From the IMG/VR virus record IMGVR_UViG_2654587569_000010: a stretch of DNA of 43,250 nt, one strand, 5' to 3'. Below are positions 9,168 through 20,886 of this stretch, in pieces (positions within the stretch are counted from its first letter, which is position 1; each line of letters opens with the position of its first letter). The translations under genes were made by a program, and so were the position numbers. A model generated the notes under the pieces. The model ran no database searches. It was not told the origin of the DNA and saw only the letters and a list, made by a program, of their open reading frames with translations. This stretch comes from a virus (Duplodnaviria; Heunggongvirae; Uroviricota; Caudoviricetes).

Positions 9168-10552
9168 TACTGCCCTCCGAGATATTTGCTAATTAATTCG
9201 TCATCGGACAATTGCTGTTGAGGTTGGCTATCGCCATAACTTGAGGAAAGAAAACGTTTTGCCGCAGAGTTCAATGATTCACCCTTCTTAACATCCATCC
9301 CCATGATGTTTCGGTTGCGATCAGATTGTCCTGGGCTGCCGTTTGCACTCATCCACTCTGACCTAAACTCGTTGAACTTCGCGTTATTACTTTCCATTTT
9401 TGCCATACCCCTTAACCATCGAGCCATGACCATTGGATTATCCGTTTCGCTTGGAATGCCTTTCCTTGCAAACTCAATATCCTTATCTGATGCAGGGCCG
9501 GGAGGGAGAAGCTTGGTTGCCTGCGCATTGGCTAGTTGGTTGAATCTAATCCGCATATCTCGGAGGTAGTTATCTTGCCCCGTAAGCTTAGCGAACATAT
9601 TTTCAGCGTTACCGAACAAACCAGGAGTTGGCTTCTCCTTCTCCAGCGTGTCAGCAAGCGTTGTCATTGAATCGGCAGCATTACGACTAGCTGCCGCATC
9701 ACCTGCTGATTTTTCTATAGCCTTTTCCATGTTCACGGATAGTTTTGGCGCAGCATTAATAAGTTCATCGGCCTTCTTTTGTGCCTGTTGTACTTCAAAA
9801 CCGAATTTCTGCTTATCAAGTGCCAGTCTTTCTGCTGCAAGTCCGTGTCCAGTCATTGCTGACTGATAGGAAAGGTTTTGCCCTCTCGCCTGAAGTGCCT
9901 CGCCAGCCTGATTGCTGCGGATTGTCTCTGCCAGTCTGCCTCTGTCAATCTCACGACCAACCATCTTATCCTGATAATCCAGCATTTTATCCGGACCAAC
10001 AGCCCCTAGCGTCATAGTAGTCAGCATGTGTGATAGCTGCTCTGGATTCTGAATACCTGTCTGAATCATCCAGTCAGCATTCGCCCCCACGCGATTTAAC
10101 CTGTCCTTGTTGTCAGTAATGAATTTACTGTAGGCTTCCGGTCCCTGAGAAAGAGCGACGTTAGCCCTCATGGCTAAATCGCCCATATCGTTGCGTTGCT
10201 GATCATTAAGACCGGAAAACGCCTGTTGTGCCTGTGCAACAAACGCTGGATTTTCCTGGGCAAACTTAAATAGTCCCGATGGATCACCAGAAGCCCATGC
10301 ATCAGCGTGAACCTTATTGAACGCACTAATAGCTTTCTGTTGCTGTTCCTGATTGTAAATATCAGCAACTCCAGCCAGACCACGTAACGCGGTCAGGCCA
10401 ACGTTATTTGCACCTGAGCGAGCCAGTTCATTGTTTTCGCGGATCAGACCAAGCGTTGCGTTAATGTCGCTTGCCTTTGGCGCATTCTCATTTTGCGTAC
10501 CGATGCCAGCCAGAAAACCACCAGAATTAATACCCTGTTGCCACGTAGCCAT
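9167..10552 (-). CDS. DNA ejection protein (P22 gp20-like)
   Basis: 461 aa, synteny with P22 gene 20. Confidence 0.75.
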   Translation of the reverse strand: MATWQQGINSGGFLAGIGTQNENAPKASDINATLGLIRENNELARSGANNVGLTALRGLAGVADIYNQEQQQKAISAFNKVHADAWASGDPSGLFKFAQENPAFVAQAQQAFSGLNDQQRNDMGDLAMRANVALSQGPEAYSKFITDNKDRLNRVGANADWMIQTGIQNPEQLSHMLTTMTLGAVGPDKMLDYQDKMVGREIDRGRLAETIRSNQAGEALQARGQNLSYQSAMTGHGLAAERLALDKQKFGFEVQQAQKKADELINAAPKLSVNMEKAIEKSAGDAAASRNAADSMTTLADTLEKEKPTPGLFGNAENMFAKLTGQDNYLRDMRIRFNQLANAQATKLLPPGPASDKDIEFARKGIPSETDNPMVMARWLRGMAKMESNNAKFNEFRSEWMSANGSPGQSDRNRNIMGMDVKKGESLNSAAKRFLSSSYGDSQPQQQLSDDELISKYLGGQ

Positions 10553-10562
10553 TGATTACCCC

Positions 10563-11255
10563 TTAAAACAACGAGCCAAGCAGACCAAGACCGCCGCCGA
10601 TCGCAGCCCCCCACGGAGTTGATGAACCAATTAATTTCGCAAGTCCAGCCCCAGCAATGGCACCAGACGCACCTCCGCCAATAGCAGATTGCATTGCTGA
10701 TGGTCTGTTGGCGTTTGCCGCTGCAAGAGCCGCGCTTTGCTGTGAAATCTGACTCATGTTGTTAGCATATGTTTGCCCGGCATTTGCCTGCCCCTGAAGC
10801 GCGCCAAGACCAATATTTGCCAGATTCTGGTAGTTGTTCATCTGACCAGATAGCCATTGCTGCCCAAGCGTTGGTGCGATTGTTGCTAACTGATTACTGG
10901 TTGCGGTGGAACCCAATCCACCTGTTGCTTCCGCTGCCGCCAGACTCTGATAGCGAGCCTGACCTGCAAGGTCTTTATACTGCTGAGAGTTGTAATACTG
11001 GTTTAGCGCCTGACCTTGCCCCTCCAGAGACGATAAGTTCTCGAGGCTGCCGAGATACTTATCAGCCAGAGGAGTAAACGGCTTCAGGTTGTTCATGATG
11101 GTGTTGAACTGCTGATTTTGCAGGTCTGCGGCATACTTCTGGGCTTCTGCTGCATACTTTGCGCTTTTATCAGAGCTGCCACCTTTCCCGCCTTTTTCAG
11201 GGCAATAAGGTTCCTCGCCGCGCAGTTTTCTGCCCAGCTTAAATGCATATAACAT
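10563..11255 (-). CDS. DNA ejection protein (P22 gp7-like)
   Basis: 230 aa, synteny and Gln/Ala/Gly-rich composition typical of gp7. Confidence 0.75.
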   Translation of the reverse strand: MLYAFKLGRKLRGEEPYCPEKGGKGGSSDKSAKYAAEAQKYAADLQNQQFNTIMNNLKPFTPLADKYLGSLENLSSLEGQGQALNQYYNSQQYKDLAGQARYQSLAAAEATGGLGSTATSNQLATIAPTLGQQWLSGQMNNYQNLANIGLGALQGQANAGQTYANNMSQISQQSAALAAANANRPSAMQSAIGGGASGAIAGAGLAKLIGSSTPWGAAIGGGLGLLGSLF

Positions 11256-11257
11256 GG

Positions 11258-11713
11258 CTATCTCCCGTGATTCAGGAAGTCGATTAGTTCTTCGCGTGTG
11301 GCGCTGTAAAAAGTCACGTCATCCACGCCTTTAAAGTATTTCTTGATGGTTCCGACACGCTTAAGGCCAATCATTGCGCAGTAAATCTGCCCGTGGCGGA
11401 ATTTGCGTGCGGCGAACGATGTGACGCACTGAACGGTGGTGTTAGTCAGAATGTATCGCCAGAACGCCAGCCCGATTTCCTTGCTGAAGCCGCGAATCTC
11501 TGGCAGGTACATGGCGTGGCAATCGAATGTCAGCGGCTGAATCTCCTGATAGTAAACAATGCCGCCGAACTGCCCGTGCACGTTCACCTCAAAGTAACGG
11601 CAATCAGGTTTGTAGTCGTATCCATCACCGTTGTTGCTCCCGGCGATAATGTCAGGGTGATTTCCGACTGCTTCGATCAGGTCGATGTTTCGCGTTGGTT
11701 TGAATGTAATCAT
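11258..11713 (-). CDS. head assembly protein (P22 gp14-like)
   Basis: 151 aa, synteny between gp7 and needle. Confidence 0.7.
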   Translation of the reverse strand: MITFKPTRNIDLIEAVGNHPDIIAGSNNGDGYDYKPDCRYFEVNVHGQFGGIVYYQEIQPLTFDCHAMYLPEIRGFSKEIGLAFWRYILTNTTVQCVTSFAARKFRHGQIYCAMIGLKRVGTIKKYFKGVDDVTFYSATREELIDFLNHGR

Positions 11714-12414
11714 CAGTCAATCAGCCCATGTAATCTAAGTGCTGTTTCAAGCGCCAGAATACGCTGCCGCGCCTGCTCCAAACCTGTAGCGATAGCTGCG
11801 ACTTCGGATTGTGTGTACGTAGTGCCGACCGTGTATGACTGGTTAGCGTTGAATGAGCCAAGAAGTGGTGTGCCTGTGGCCGCCGTCCATCCTGTATTTC
11901 TTGCTCCAACGACCTGAATTCCATCAACTGAATATGATGTTTTTACATCCAGCGGTGACGCAAGAGACTGCGATTCTGTTACGGTTTTCGATACGTAATC
12001 ACTCTTAATGCCAGAGACATCGTTTTCTACGTCATCCAGTCTTTGGTCAACAGTGACCAGATGCGCCTGAATATCGATAACCTCATCCAGCAAGTAATCA
12101 ACATCGCTACGCAGTACGACTATCTTCCCTTCGGCAGTTGTTAACCTGACCTCAAGTAGATTTATCGCTTTTGTGTTTGCGGTGATTCTTGCGTCGTGAT
12201 CAGCCAGTTCGACGTCCTGTTCATCGTTTTTTACCTGAGCATCGTAAGCGCCCTGACCAGCCTGATTTGCCTTCCCGGCAATTGCGCCAACATCAGCACC
12301 CTGATTTATGACATACAGCAGGTAAGACTGGCTGAATATATTGCGTGGAAGGATTGATGTATCGAGCCGCGTCGCCTGGATGATTACCGGCTCATTGAGA
12401 TTAGAATCCGCCAT
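11713..12414 (-). CDS. tail needle (P22 gp26-like)
   Basis: 233 aa; N-terminus [36 protein letters not shown] matches P22 gp26 almost residue for residue. Confidence 0.9.
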   Translation of the reverse strand: MADSNLNEPVIIQATRLDTSILPRNIFSQSYLLYVINQGADVGAIAGKANQAGQGAYDAQVKNDEQDVELADHDARITANTKAINLLEVRLTTAEGKIVVLRSDVDYLLDEVIDIQAHLVTVDQRLDDVENDVSGIKSDYVSKTVTESQSLASPLDVKTSYSVDGIQVVGARNTGWTAATGTPLLGSFNANQSYTVGTTYTQSEVAAIATGLEQARQRILALETALRLHGLID

Positions 12415-13832
12415 TACTCAATCCTTATCTGGCAGCCAGACAGAGTGACAGGTGACTTCGTGATAACGCGCAATTTGAAGCCGACATTTTTCCTGATGCG
12501 CCCTACTCGCTTCCACAAAACACGTTTGTCGTAAACGAACGGTTCATTCTGCTCAATCATCTGCTCACGTCCGTAATTGATGCCGTCAGTGGTTGCAGAG
12601 AGAAAAAGGCGGTCGGCGTACTGCGCAACGCCAGTTGAAGATTCAACTTCAAGGTCGAAAACTCTGGCGTTATCTGCTTTGAACAACGGAGTAAACAGCA
12701 GGTGTTCCTGCTGCTTGTCGTACTGGCTGCTGATATCGAACTGCAATTTCCCTGTCATCGATTCAAGCTTATCGCCGCACGTTATTTGGTTGCCTTCGTA
12801 AATGAAGTCGATAGCGCGGTACACATCGTCATACAGGCCTGTTTTCAGTACACACCATTGCGGACCATTGGCGCTTGAAGATGCGTCGTATACGAGGACA
12901 TGGCGCGCAAGATGGATAATCAGCAATTCATGAGCATCAAACCGCAAAGACTCCATCACGCCATCAGCCAGTTCATCAGCAGTGTAGGAGCGTAGTATTT
13001 TCTCAATGCTCGCGCTGGCGATTGGTGACACCTGACCGGAGCCGATGATGTATACAGACGGCGCACCCGTTGCCGGATTGCTGATAAACGCATAGGAATC
13101 AGCAAACGGCGTTTTACAGTAGGTTCCGGCAATACCTTTCTGCACCATCAGCGATGGTTGTGCAACATACAAAGCGGCACCAACGGTGGTTGCACCAGTC
13201 AGGGAGAAATATTCAATCGTCGATGAACCAAAGCAGACGATGAAATCTCGCCATGTTCCGATGCCGATGATGCCGTCAGGCTGAGACTCTGCGCGATATT
13301 GTGCGCTGTAGCGGTCAGGATGCGATTCGTCTTCAAGGTCAGTGATAAACCATGAATCAGTTCCGTCTTTTGACCACGCATAGCGCCCACGTAAGCGCGT
13401 AATGTCGCGAACTGAACCTAACTCGTACTGTGTGAATCCGCTGTCTGTAGGCCAGTTTGAGACGGTTTTAACCGTGCCATCATAGCGATACTCGACCAGT
13501 TGACCATTAACGCCTATCGCCTGTGATGTCCGACCATGCGCCATTGATACACGACCACTTCCGTCAATGTCACCGACTTCACTTTCTCCTTTGTACAGCT
13601 TGCCACCGCAAACGCGATAAACAGCATTCTGCGCCATGTTGTACTCGACACCGCGCGATACACCATTCACATCAGAACGTTTGGCAATGCCCGGGAATGA
13701 GCGAAGATATCCGCTGCTGTTGAGTATTTCTTTGGGCGTAGCCAGCATATTCACTGGCAGATAGTCGATATAGTCGGCGTTTCGAAAGTCTTTGCCGACA
13801 CCTTTCATAAGCGGAAGTTGCTGAATCGGCAT
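12414..13832 (-). CDS. tail accessory/hub protein (P22 gp10-like)
   Basis: 472 aa, same length and position as P22 gp10. Confidence 0.85.
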   Translation of the reverse strand: MPIQQLPLMKGVGKDFRNADYIDYLPVNMLATPKEILNSSGYLRSFPGIAKRSDVNGVSRGVEYNMAQNAVYRVCGGKLYKGESEVGDIDGSGRVSMAHGRTSQAIGVNGQLVEYRYDGTVKTVSNWPTDSGFTQYELGSVRDITRLRGRYAWSKDGTDSWFITDLEDESHPDRYSAQYRAESQPDGIIGIGTWRDFIVCFGSSTIEYFSLTGATTVGAALYVAQPSLMVQKGIAGTYCKTPFADSYAFISNPATGAPSVYIIGSGQVSPIASASIEKILRSYTADELADGVMESLRFDAHELLIIHLARHVLVYDASSSANGPQWCVLKTGLYDDVYRAIDFIYEGNQITCGDKLESMTGKLQFDISSQYDKQQEHLLFTPLFKADNARVFDLEVESSTGVAQYADRLFLSATTDGINYGREQMIEQNEPFVYDKRVLWKRVGRIRKNVGFKLRVITKSPVTLSGCQIRIE

Positions 13833-13841
13833 TTATTCACC

Positions 13842-14303
13842 TCACGTACTCGGATCATCTTTCTCGATGTAAAACCGATTCCACGTAAACGCGCTTTTTA
13901 ACCCCGCCCCGCGAGGCATGTCACTTCGTCGCTCAAGTGGTGGTATTTTGGTTAAAGCGATACAGATTGTCTGATATGCACTGTCAGCAGCGGTAAGGAG
14001 AGCGTCTGACGGCTGAATGACGTTATCCATGCACACTTGCACAGCGAGTTTCAAAGCGACGCCATCATTTGCCCATGCAGGGATACCTGAATCATCGTCA
14101 GGTAACGGCATGATGCCGTTTTCTGTATCCGCAAACTGATATCCAAGCTCGATACCTTTCGCCTGCCATGCTGCCATCATGTCTTCGAGGTCATTAATGG
14201 CATCTTCTATTGCCTGAGGGTCGGCATCTGTCAACGTGGCATTGGAATACAGCCCGGCTTTTCGTAAAGCCTTAAGAACGAGATCACCCTTCGTTTTCGC
14301 CAT
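13842..14303 (-). CDS. head-tail adaptor (P22 gp4-like)
   Basis: KTKGDLVLKALRKAGLYSNATLTDADPQAIEDAINDLEDMMAAW parallels P22 gp4 N-terminus. Confidence 0.85.
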   Translation of the reverse strand: MAKTKGDLVLKALRKAGLYSNATLTDADPQAIEDAINDLEDMMAAWQAKGIELGYQFADTENGIMPLPDDDSGIPAWANDGVALKLAVQVCMDNVIQPSDALLTAADSAYQTICIALTKIPPLERRSDMPRGAGLKSAFTWNRFYIEKDDPST

Positions 14304-14472
14304 CTTCTTCCGCCTTAGCCACTTTTTGCTTCGTTGCGGTTTCTTCAGGGGTTTTTACCCAGCCTTTTTTCAGGTGAGATTTAACTTCTTCGTCATCAAC
14401 AATGATGTAATCGACAGCAAACTGACCACAGGTGATCATGTTTCCAGGCTTATAGAGCATTGTTCGTGCCAT
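14284..14472 (-). CDS. small hypothetical ORF between coat and gp4
   Basis: Track ORF trimmed to internal ATG; overlaps gp4 start by about 20 nt. Confidence 0.3.
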   Translation of the reverse strand: MARTMLYKPGNMITCGQFAVDYIIVDDEEVKSHLKKGWVKTPEETATKQKVAKAEEDGENEG

Positions 14473-14513
14473 TGTCTTCTCCCAATAAAAATGGGGCCGA
14501 AGCCCCACCAAAA

Positions 14514-15767
14514 TTACTGCCCGGCAATAACGATGCCCGTATATTCAGGAACAAGTACAGAGCAACCGTACAGAGTGGTGAAACGAGCAGTGGTTACGCC
14601 TTTGATGTGGTCGAAGGCGTAAGACATGATCAGCGTAGCGCCCTGCTCGGTGGTTGCTGTCATTACCTGTGGACCCTGACCAGTCGGGAACGCCAGTTTG
14701 CCGTACATCAGCTCAACAGAACCATCGGCCCAGAACAGGTTAGCCGGTGCGGCATTTTTGTTGAGAATGGTGATTGCTGCACCATTTGCCGCGTTAGCAT
14801 CAACGTTTGCATATGGACGGCTGGCGACATCTGCGTTGTCAGGCGGCAGAATTTTCGGGGAGATAGTCACTGTCGTTCCGCTTACTGCCAGAACGCGGAA
14901 TACCTGCGGCTGCCCGGTGGTGTCTTTGGTGATCTGGTGTACAGAATTCACGCCAGCAATGGTGAACGCATCACCAACCTGCAACCCAGATGCAGATACC
15001 GTAATAGTCCCCTGTCGGTTATCCACTGGCATATCGTTGGCATCTTTCGCTTCAACCTTGTGCGCAGGTTCAGCCGCCAGCGTCAGGGAAGTTGCTGTAC
15101 CCTTCGGAACACGACCAGAAATATCGGTCTTGTAGCTATCGAAGGACGCAACCGGAGGGATCTGCGCTTTTTCGTATGCTGTCAGGGTTGCGCCCTGAGC
15201 ATAGGCACGGTGACCAAGCTCGCCAGCAAGGTCTTTGTAGTTGAAGGGGTTCCAGAAAGAGCGGCGGTTGATACCCTGTGGTACACCAATCGCCGTCATG
15301 GTGGCATCAATACCTGCCGCACAGTTCCACAAATCACGGCCCTGTGAACCAGTGGTTGAGTCAGCCATTGTGATCACGTTAGTAGCACGCTGCGTGACCA
15401 TGGAAATCAGGTCAGAGTCAATCTGTGCAGCAAGGCGCATACCTGCGGCGCGACCAGCTTCAGTTTTATGTTCCGGGTCACGCATTTCACGCGCATCCAG
15501 AGTGTACAGAATGTTTTTCGGCTCCTTGAACACAGAAGGAACAAGGCGCTGAACCAGTGCTGTTGGCGTTTTGCTGCTGAGGTCGAGGCCTTCCTCAATA
15601 TTCATGTGGTAATGCTGCGGACGATACAGAACATCACCTGCTCGCTGCATTGCTGTATCACCGGGACGGAATTTTTTAGCGTTACGGGAAACTACGCAGG
15701 CGGCCTCAAAGCCTTCAACGTAGTTTTCGAACATGATTTCAAGGTCTTTTGCTAATTGGTTAGCCAT
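14514..15767 (-). CDS. major coat protein (P22 gp5-like)
   Basis: 417 aa; conserved FWAD motif region and synteny after scaffold. Confidence 0.85.
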   Translation of the reverse strand: MANQLAKDLEIMFENYVEGFEAACVVSRNAKKFRPGDTAMQRAGDVLYRPQHYHMNIEEGLDLSSKTPTALVQRLVPSVFKEPKNILYTLDAREMRDPEHKTEAGRAAGMRLAAQIDSDLISMVTQRATNVITMADSTTGSQGRDLWNCAAGIDATMTAIGVPQGINRRSFWNPFNYKDLAGELGHRAYAQGATLTAYEKAQIPPVASFDSYKTDISGRVPKGTATSLTLAAEPAHKVEAKDANDMPVDNRQGTITVSASGLQVGDAFTIAGVNSVHQITKDTTGQPQVFRVLAVSGTTVTISPKILPPDNADVASRPYANVDANAANGAAITILNKNAAPANLFWADGSVELMYGKLAFPTGQGPQVMTATTEQGATLIMSYAFDHIKGVTTARFTTLYGCSVLVPEYTGIVIAGQ

Positions 15768-15785
15768 GCTTAATGCTCCGATAGG

Positions 15786-16679
15786 TTATTTTTTTGCCTT
15801 TTTAGCGGCGAAATACGGCGTCCAGTCACCAGTTTCCAGCGCCTTGGCTTTCAATTTGTCGAGGTTATTGATTACTGCGCCGTTGCTCCCCTTAACTGTC
15901 GGGGTTGTGGCTGCCGTGGTTTTTGCTTTTGGCATGATTCTGGCCTTCGATTCGATACGTTCCAGCAGACGACCAATTGCTACGGAGTTGGTAGCTTCTG
16001 CCAGTTGCTTGCGCAGTTCAGCGTTGCGACCGAGTGCCAGAACAACGATTTCCGGCTTCTCTGACTCAAGAAGGATCATGTCCTGAATGTGAACAGGAAC
16101 ATCTTCGCGTACAGCCTGCTCTGCATCCTGGTAACCAGCCACTTTCAGTGCTTTTACTCTATGCATGTAATTGGCTGCTTTCTGCTGAAGCGTTGCGGTA
16201 CGCGCCTCTTCCTCTCGTTTCCGCTCTCGTACTTGCTCCTGGTATTTGCCGTTATCCTCTGCCCACTTAGCCATGCGTTGCTGATAGATTTCTTCATCGA
16301 AACCGATGTCCTCATCATCCAGTTTTGGCATTCGCGGTGGTTGAGTGATTACCGGCTGCTGCTCGACGGGTTTCTGAGACTGACGCATCAGCTCTTTCAG
16401 CTCACGGTCTTTCTCTTTAATCGTCTTGCGCAGGTGTTTTACCAGTCCATGCTCTGCGCCATCTTCGCTGGTTGGCGAATCCAGCTTTTCGTCACCAAAG
16501 TAGAATTCCTGTTCTGATTCGTCGTCATCAGTGTCAGTAGCTTCCTCTGCATCATTTCCTGAGGACTCACTGCCATCTGCTGTTTCGACTTCTTCAGCCA
16601 GTTCGACATCATCAGGAATCTGCTCTGACGCGTCGGTTTCGATTTCAACTTCTGGTGTGTTTTCTGCCATCTGGTCCAT
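15786..16679 (-). CDS. scaffolding protein (P22 gp8-like)
   Basis: 297 aa, acidic N-terminus, charged helical protein between portal and coat. Confidence 0.8.
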   Translation of the reverse strand: MDQMAENTPEVEIETDASEQIPDDVELAEEVETADGSESSGNDAEEATDTDDDESEQEFYFGDEKLDSPTSEDGAEHGLVKHLRKTIKEKDRELKELMRQSQKPVEQQPVITQPPRMPKLDDEDIGFDEEIYQQRMAKWAEDNGKYQEQVRERKREEEARTATLQQKAANYMHRVKALKVAGYQDAEQAVREDVPVHIQDMILLESEKPEIVVLALGRNAELRKQLAEATNSVAIGRLLERIESKARIMPKAKTTAATTPTVKGSNGAVINNLDKLKAKALETGDWTPYFAAKKAKK

Positions 16680-16769
16680 TTGTTACCCCTGTTTACTCGA
16701 TGTTCAGCCCATCGGAAGGCAATAGGGTGCCAGGCCTCATAAAGACAGCCATTGCACGTTATGGGTTAA

Positions 16770-18968
16770 TTACTGCTGTGGTTGTTGCTGAGTTGATTTT
16801 TGCAGGATGCTGCTGATGTCCATGCGCTGCGCATGGCCCTGTGCCTGACTTTTCAGGACAAGCTCTGCATCAGCACGGGCATTGTCTCCTTGCTGTTGCT
16901 GGAACTGTCCGAGCAGTTTCAGAGCCTCGCGGATATCAGATTTCTGCTGGCTATCGGCAGATGCGAGGATTTTCACAACATTTGCCGCTGCAACCTGAGC
17001 ATCAGTCTGTGCCTGGAATGCTTTAACCTGAATGGCTGCCTGTTCGTTCTGCGCTTTCTGCAATTCAGCCTGACCAGCCAGAAGCTGACCTTGCGCTGCA
17101 ACCATAGCCGGATCTGGCTGACTGGCCTGTTGTTGTTTCGCCTGCTCAACCATTTGCTGTTCTTCAGGCGTTCTCGGCTTGATAACGCCAGACAGAAGCA
17201 ACTGATTGCGGTTGTATTCTTTCAGGTCGTCCATCCCTTCGCCGTCCATATTGTCGAGAATCATCGACGATACAAGGTCATGCTTCGGCGTTCCTGGCGG
17301 GATAAGTGCCAGCATGGAAAGTAACGACTTAACCGTTGCATCACGGCGAGTAGCGAACGACTGACCGACATCGACAGTCACTTCATAGTTACCCTGCGAA
17401 AGGTCGTTAAGCGCGATAACCTGCCCTGTCTGACGGTCAACCACTTCACCAGTCATCAGCGCCACGTCATCGCTGTCATCCTCATTAACGATGCGCATTG
17501 GCGTATCGCTGCCATAGACTTCACGAGCCATAGAAAGCCACACGACGCCAGCACGGCGCATGGATTTAGCCATGTTGTCCATGTAGATATAGGACTGCGT
17601 GTCCATCCGGTTAAAGATGCTATCAACGGTATCGGTAGCGACGTTGCTCGGCATGTTCTCAAGCTGCGACGCACCTGTAATTTGCTGAATAGCCGTTCCG
17701 GTGTACTGCAATAGCCCTGCAAGAGCTGGAGGCATTTGTGTCGGAGGTGTCCAGCCAGCAACCTGAGCCTCTGAAATGACCGTTCCGTTTTTGTCCTTCT
17801 TGCTGGTCATAGGAAGAACTGCAGGTCTTTTCTTATTCCTCTCTGCCCAGTGGTTCATTAATGGGCCGGGAATGAAATCAACATCCACGATAGGAATGCC
17901 ATCACCGCCAGCCTGAGTGGCGTTATCTGCAATCATGGAAACCATCAGGTTCTCAAGACGCTGTGCATCCATCGCTTTTGCTGCGTGGCCTTCGATTCGC
18001 TCCTGATTATCAACAAATGAACGACGCCCATATACCGGGATGAGAGGAATATGTTCGCCCGGAATACGCTTCGGTTCTTCCAGCCATTCAGCGCCAGACA
18101 GAAGACCGCAATAAACTCGGCGTTTCTTCACCGTTCGCTCGCCAATCAGTTCGAATGCACCATCGGTCAGCTCGTCGACAATATCTTTGATTTGCTCTTC
18201 ATCATAGATTGCCGTTTCTCCGCTGACAGGGTTACGCCATGCTGTGAGCTTCACCTTCTCTATGCGGACTTCGTAGTAGCGTCCAACATAGATGGCGTCA
18301 GGCGTTGACCAGTCATACTGAGTACCAGTGTCATCACGAGAAAGGCTTGCCGCGATGGAATCAGGGTATTCAGCCTCGAACGCTTTAGGCGTCATGGAGA
18401 ACATTTCCATAGCCCACATAGCATCAGAGCGGTCATATTGCTTGCTGTCCTGATCGAAGAAGACGCATGTCGCCGGGTCGTAAACAGGAAGAAGGCTGAT
18501 GCGTCGCTGCTCGTTACTCGGATCCATTTCATCTTCGTAATCAGCACACATGCGGAAACAACCGAATCCGCCCGTTACAGCATCATCAAATGCGTTATCA
18601 CACGCTTCGCCACCGGATGTTTCCTGATAATCAGCGCGGAATTTGCCGTTCATCTTTTCGGCTAACGCTTCCGATGCCTTGTCATCCTTCGGCCTGAATT
18701 TAACGCTGATGCGATTCTGTCGATACTCGCCAATGATGCGATCACATTCACGGGCAATCTTATTCAGTTCAAAGCGCGGGTAATGCTCAAACCTGCCTTC
18801 ATCAAATGAGTAACCAGCGTTTGTGCTGCCTTCCCACTGTGCGCCGGACACCCGGACGAAACGTTGAGCCTCAATAATCTGCTCACGCATATCCTGCGTT
18901 GCTGACCAGGCATTATCAAAGTTGCACAGCACCTTGCGATGCCAGTCAGTCATCTTTTTTTCTGCCAT
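16770..18968 (-). CDS. portal protein (P22 gp1-like)
   Basis: 732 aa; long stretches parallel P22 portal (RRVY...GEHIP..PV.G; C-terminal PETPEEQQ...PDPAMV.AQG.LL.GQAEL.KAQN). Confidence 0.9.
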   Translation of the reverse strand: MAEKKMTDWHRKVLCNFDNAWSATQDMREQIIEAQRFVRVSGAQWEGSTNAGYSFDEGRFEHYPRFELNKIARECDRIIGEYRQNRISVKFRPKDDKASEALAEKMNGKFRADYQETSGGEACDNAFDDAVTGGFGCFRMCADYEDEMDPSNEQRRISLLPVYDPATCVFFDQDSKQYDRSDAMWAMEMFSMTPKAFEAEYPDSIAASLSRDDTGTQYDWSTPDAIYVGRYYEVRIEKVKLTAWRNPVSGETAIYDEEQIKDIVDELTDGAFELIGERTVKKRRVYCGLLSGAEWLEEPKRIPGEHIPLIPVYGRRSFVDNQERIEGHAAKAMDAQRLENLMVSMIADNATQAGGDGIPIVDVDFIPGPLMNHWAERNKKRPAVLPMTSKKDKNGTVISEAQVAGWTPPTQMPPALAGLLQYTGTAIQQITGASQLENMPSNVATDTVDSIFNRMDTQSYIYMDNMAKSMRRAGVVWLSMAREVYGSDTPMRIVNEDDSDDVALMTGEVVDRQTGQVIALNDLSQGNYEVTVDVGQSFATRRDATVKSLLSMLALIPPGTPKHDLVSSMILDNMDGEGMDDLKEYNRNQLLLSGVIKPRTPEEQQMVEQAKQQQASQPDPAMVAAQGQLLAGQAELQKAQNEQAAIQVKAFQAQTDAQVAAANVVKILASADSQQKSDIREALKLLGQFQQQQGDNARADAELVLKSQAQGHAQRMDISSILQKSTQQQPQQ

Positions 18969-18969
18969 A

Positions 18970-20385
18970 TCAACCTACACCACAAGGAATTGAGTAACTG
19001 GAATAGTCGGGTTGCGCAGCCGACTCCGGACAATGCATACACATCATCAACGCATCAGCCAGGTTAGGAGATGGAATACCGAGCTTCTGCTTCATTTCGA
19101 CCTTAGTCATAAGCTCCAGCTTCCCGTTGTTATTGAATTTGCGCTGAATCTGCGTCAGTTCTGCAAACAGCTTCTCCAGCATCTTCTCGCCTATCGCTTC
19201 TTTGTCGAAACTCAGCATGTCGTCTGGGTCTGCATACTCACCGTGAACAACCGCCCGATATGTCAGATACAGCCTGTCAGCCAGCGCGTAATAGAATTGT
19301 GCTCGCTTATTGCGGAACACATCGCCAATAGTGCGAACGTTGTCGCCCTGCACGACTTCATCAGCCCATGCTCCGGCCTGATATGGTGCATCTTCATCGA
19401 ATGGCGATTCGCTGCCCTTGAACATCGTGGCGGTGATTTTCTTACCGGAGAACGCTTCCGTTGTCTGTCTGCGTAGACCTGCACCAACACCATCACCATC
19501 CCACAGGTAATGGTCAGCGCCGTCTTCAATCGCCAGCGAAGTAGCCCAGTCAGCACCCTCGTTGATGTCCATCAGCAGACCTTCGGCAATGCGCTTAACT
19601 ACCGAACCATGACGCGATGCATAACCTTTAGCATCTGGCCCTGTATCTGATGGGTCATGCGCAGAGACAACAGCGCCTTTCGCTTTCCATCCGAGTTTCT
19701 TGTGCGCATCGGTTGCAGCTTCAAGCCATTCTCGTTTGATGATTGCCATATCACTTGCGCTTACCGGCTCACCAAGCCAGATGTGACGATACAGTGTCGG
19801 ATTTCTGCGTTTGCACTCTTCCATCTCCAGACGGAGAACTTCAGGAAAGTGCGGGTTGTCGGTGTAGTTCACCGTCAGCAGGCAAATATCATCGGGAGGA
19901 TTTACGACGAATCGCTGATAGGTATCGTCGAGGATGTTCTTCGGGTTAAAGCTCACCCATATTTCAGAGAACGGCTTACGGATGGTTGGAATCAGGATAT
20001 CCCATGATTCCTTCGTTACCGCTTCCGCTTCTTCCACCCAGCATATATCAATGCCTTCGAGCGATTTAATCTTCGTCGGGTTGTTTTTGATGCCGTAGAA
20101 CATGAACTCAGCATTCGTTCCGAGATGACGAATCATTGAACGCTGAATTTCAAACTCAGCCGAATACCCTTCACGCTCGATGGTATCTTCAAGCAACCGG
20201 ATTACCGAATCGCTGATACTGTTTTGCAGTTCACGAGCGCAGAGAATACGCACAGGCTGACGACGCGCCGCTTCAACAAGCAGCCTCGCAATTGCCCATG
20301 ACTTACCGCTACCTCGACCGCCTTTGGCGACTTTGTAGCGATGCGCCTCAATGAACGGTTCAAAGATAGGATTAATCGAGGTCAT
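18970..20385 (-). CDS. terminase large subunit
   Basis: 471 aa; Walker A KGGRGSGKS near N-terminus; ATGA overlap with small subunit. Confidence 0.9.
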   Translation of the reverse strand: MTSINPIFEPFIEAHRYKVAKGGRGSGKSWAIARLLVEAARRQPVRILCARELQNSISDSVIRLLEDTIEREGYSAEFEIQRSMIRHLGTNAEFMFYGIKNNPTKIKSLEGIDICWVEEAEAVTKESWDILIPTIRKPFSEIWVSFNPKNILDDTYQRFVVNPPDDICLLTVNYTDNPHFPEVLRLEMEECKRRNPTLYRHIWLGEPVSASDMAIIKREWLEAATDAHKKLGWKAKGAVVSAHDPSDTGPDAKGYASRHGSVVKRIAEGLLMDINEGADWATSLAIEDGADHYLWDGDGVGAGLRRQTTEAFSGKKITATMFKGSESPFDEDAPYQAGAWADEVVQGDNVRTIGDVFRNKRAQFYYALADRLYLTYRAVVHGEYADPDDMLSFDKEAIGEKMLEKLFAELTQIQRKFNNNGKLELMTKVEMKQKLGIPSPNLADALMMCMHCPESAAQPDYSSYSIPCGVG

Positions 20386-20807
20386 TTTCCGAATAGAGTG
20401 CTCATCGGTGATGTTTCAATCTGAATTGCGCCGCCGTCCTTACCGACAAGCTCGTTAGTTACCTTGTCGCCATACTTACGGGGATTCATTCTGGCCAGCG
20501 CCCATTTGCGGGTATCAACGCGAAGTCTTGCCTTTGCCACCTCAGCGGCATCAGGGATTACGTCGTCAGCAATTTCGAATATCTCTTCGAAAATAGAGTC
20601 GGCCCGAGTCTCTGTTGCCTTCGCGTACTGGTCACGAAACTCCTGATGTTCAGCCAGCCAGCGAAAAACTGATGTTTTGCTCGGCATTCCTGGGCGTTCG
20701 CAAACTTTGCGCAGACTCTCACCGGAGGAAAGCAATGCGCAAATGTCATTAGCCACCTCCGGCATATAATCAGAGGGGCGACCACCTTTCTTTTTCTCAG
20801 TCGCCAT
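20382..20807 (-). CDS. terminase small subunit (Sf6 gp1-like)
   Basis: 141 aa; GRPSDYMPEVA.DIC.LLSSGESL.KVC.RPGMP...VFRWLA HTH-type TerS recalled as matching Sf6 small terminase. Confidence 0.8.
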   Translation of the reverse strand: MATEKKKGGRPSDYMPEVANDICALLSSGESLRKVCERPGMPSKTSVFRWLAEHQEFRDQYAKATETRADSIFEEIFEIADDVIPDAAEVAKARLRVDTRKWALARMNPRKYGDKVTNELVGKDGGAIQIETSPMSTLFGK

Positions 20808-20886
20808 ATTGATTATTTCCCTTCTGCTTGCTTATCCCATTCATCGCGGAATTTGGATGGGTTGTCGAAACCTTGAGTTGCCATGT

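Noticed and set aside
14460-15552. Plus-strand ORFs of 103-295 aa inside the coat gene
   Set aside because: Antisense to a well-supported structural gene in a syntenic module; Arg/Cys-rich composition typical of spurious frames.
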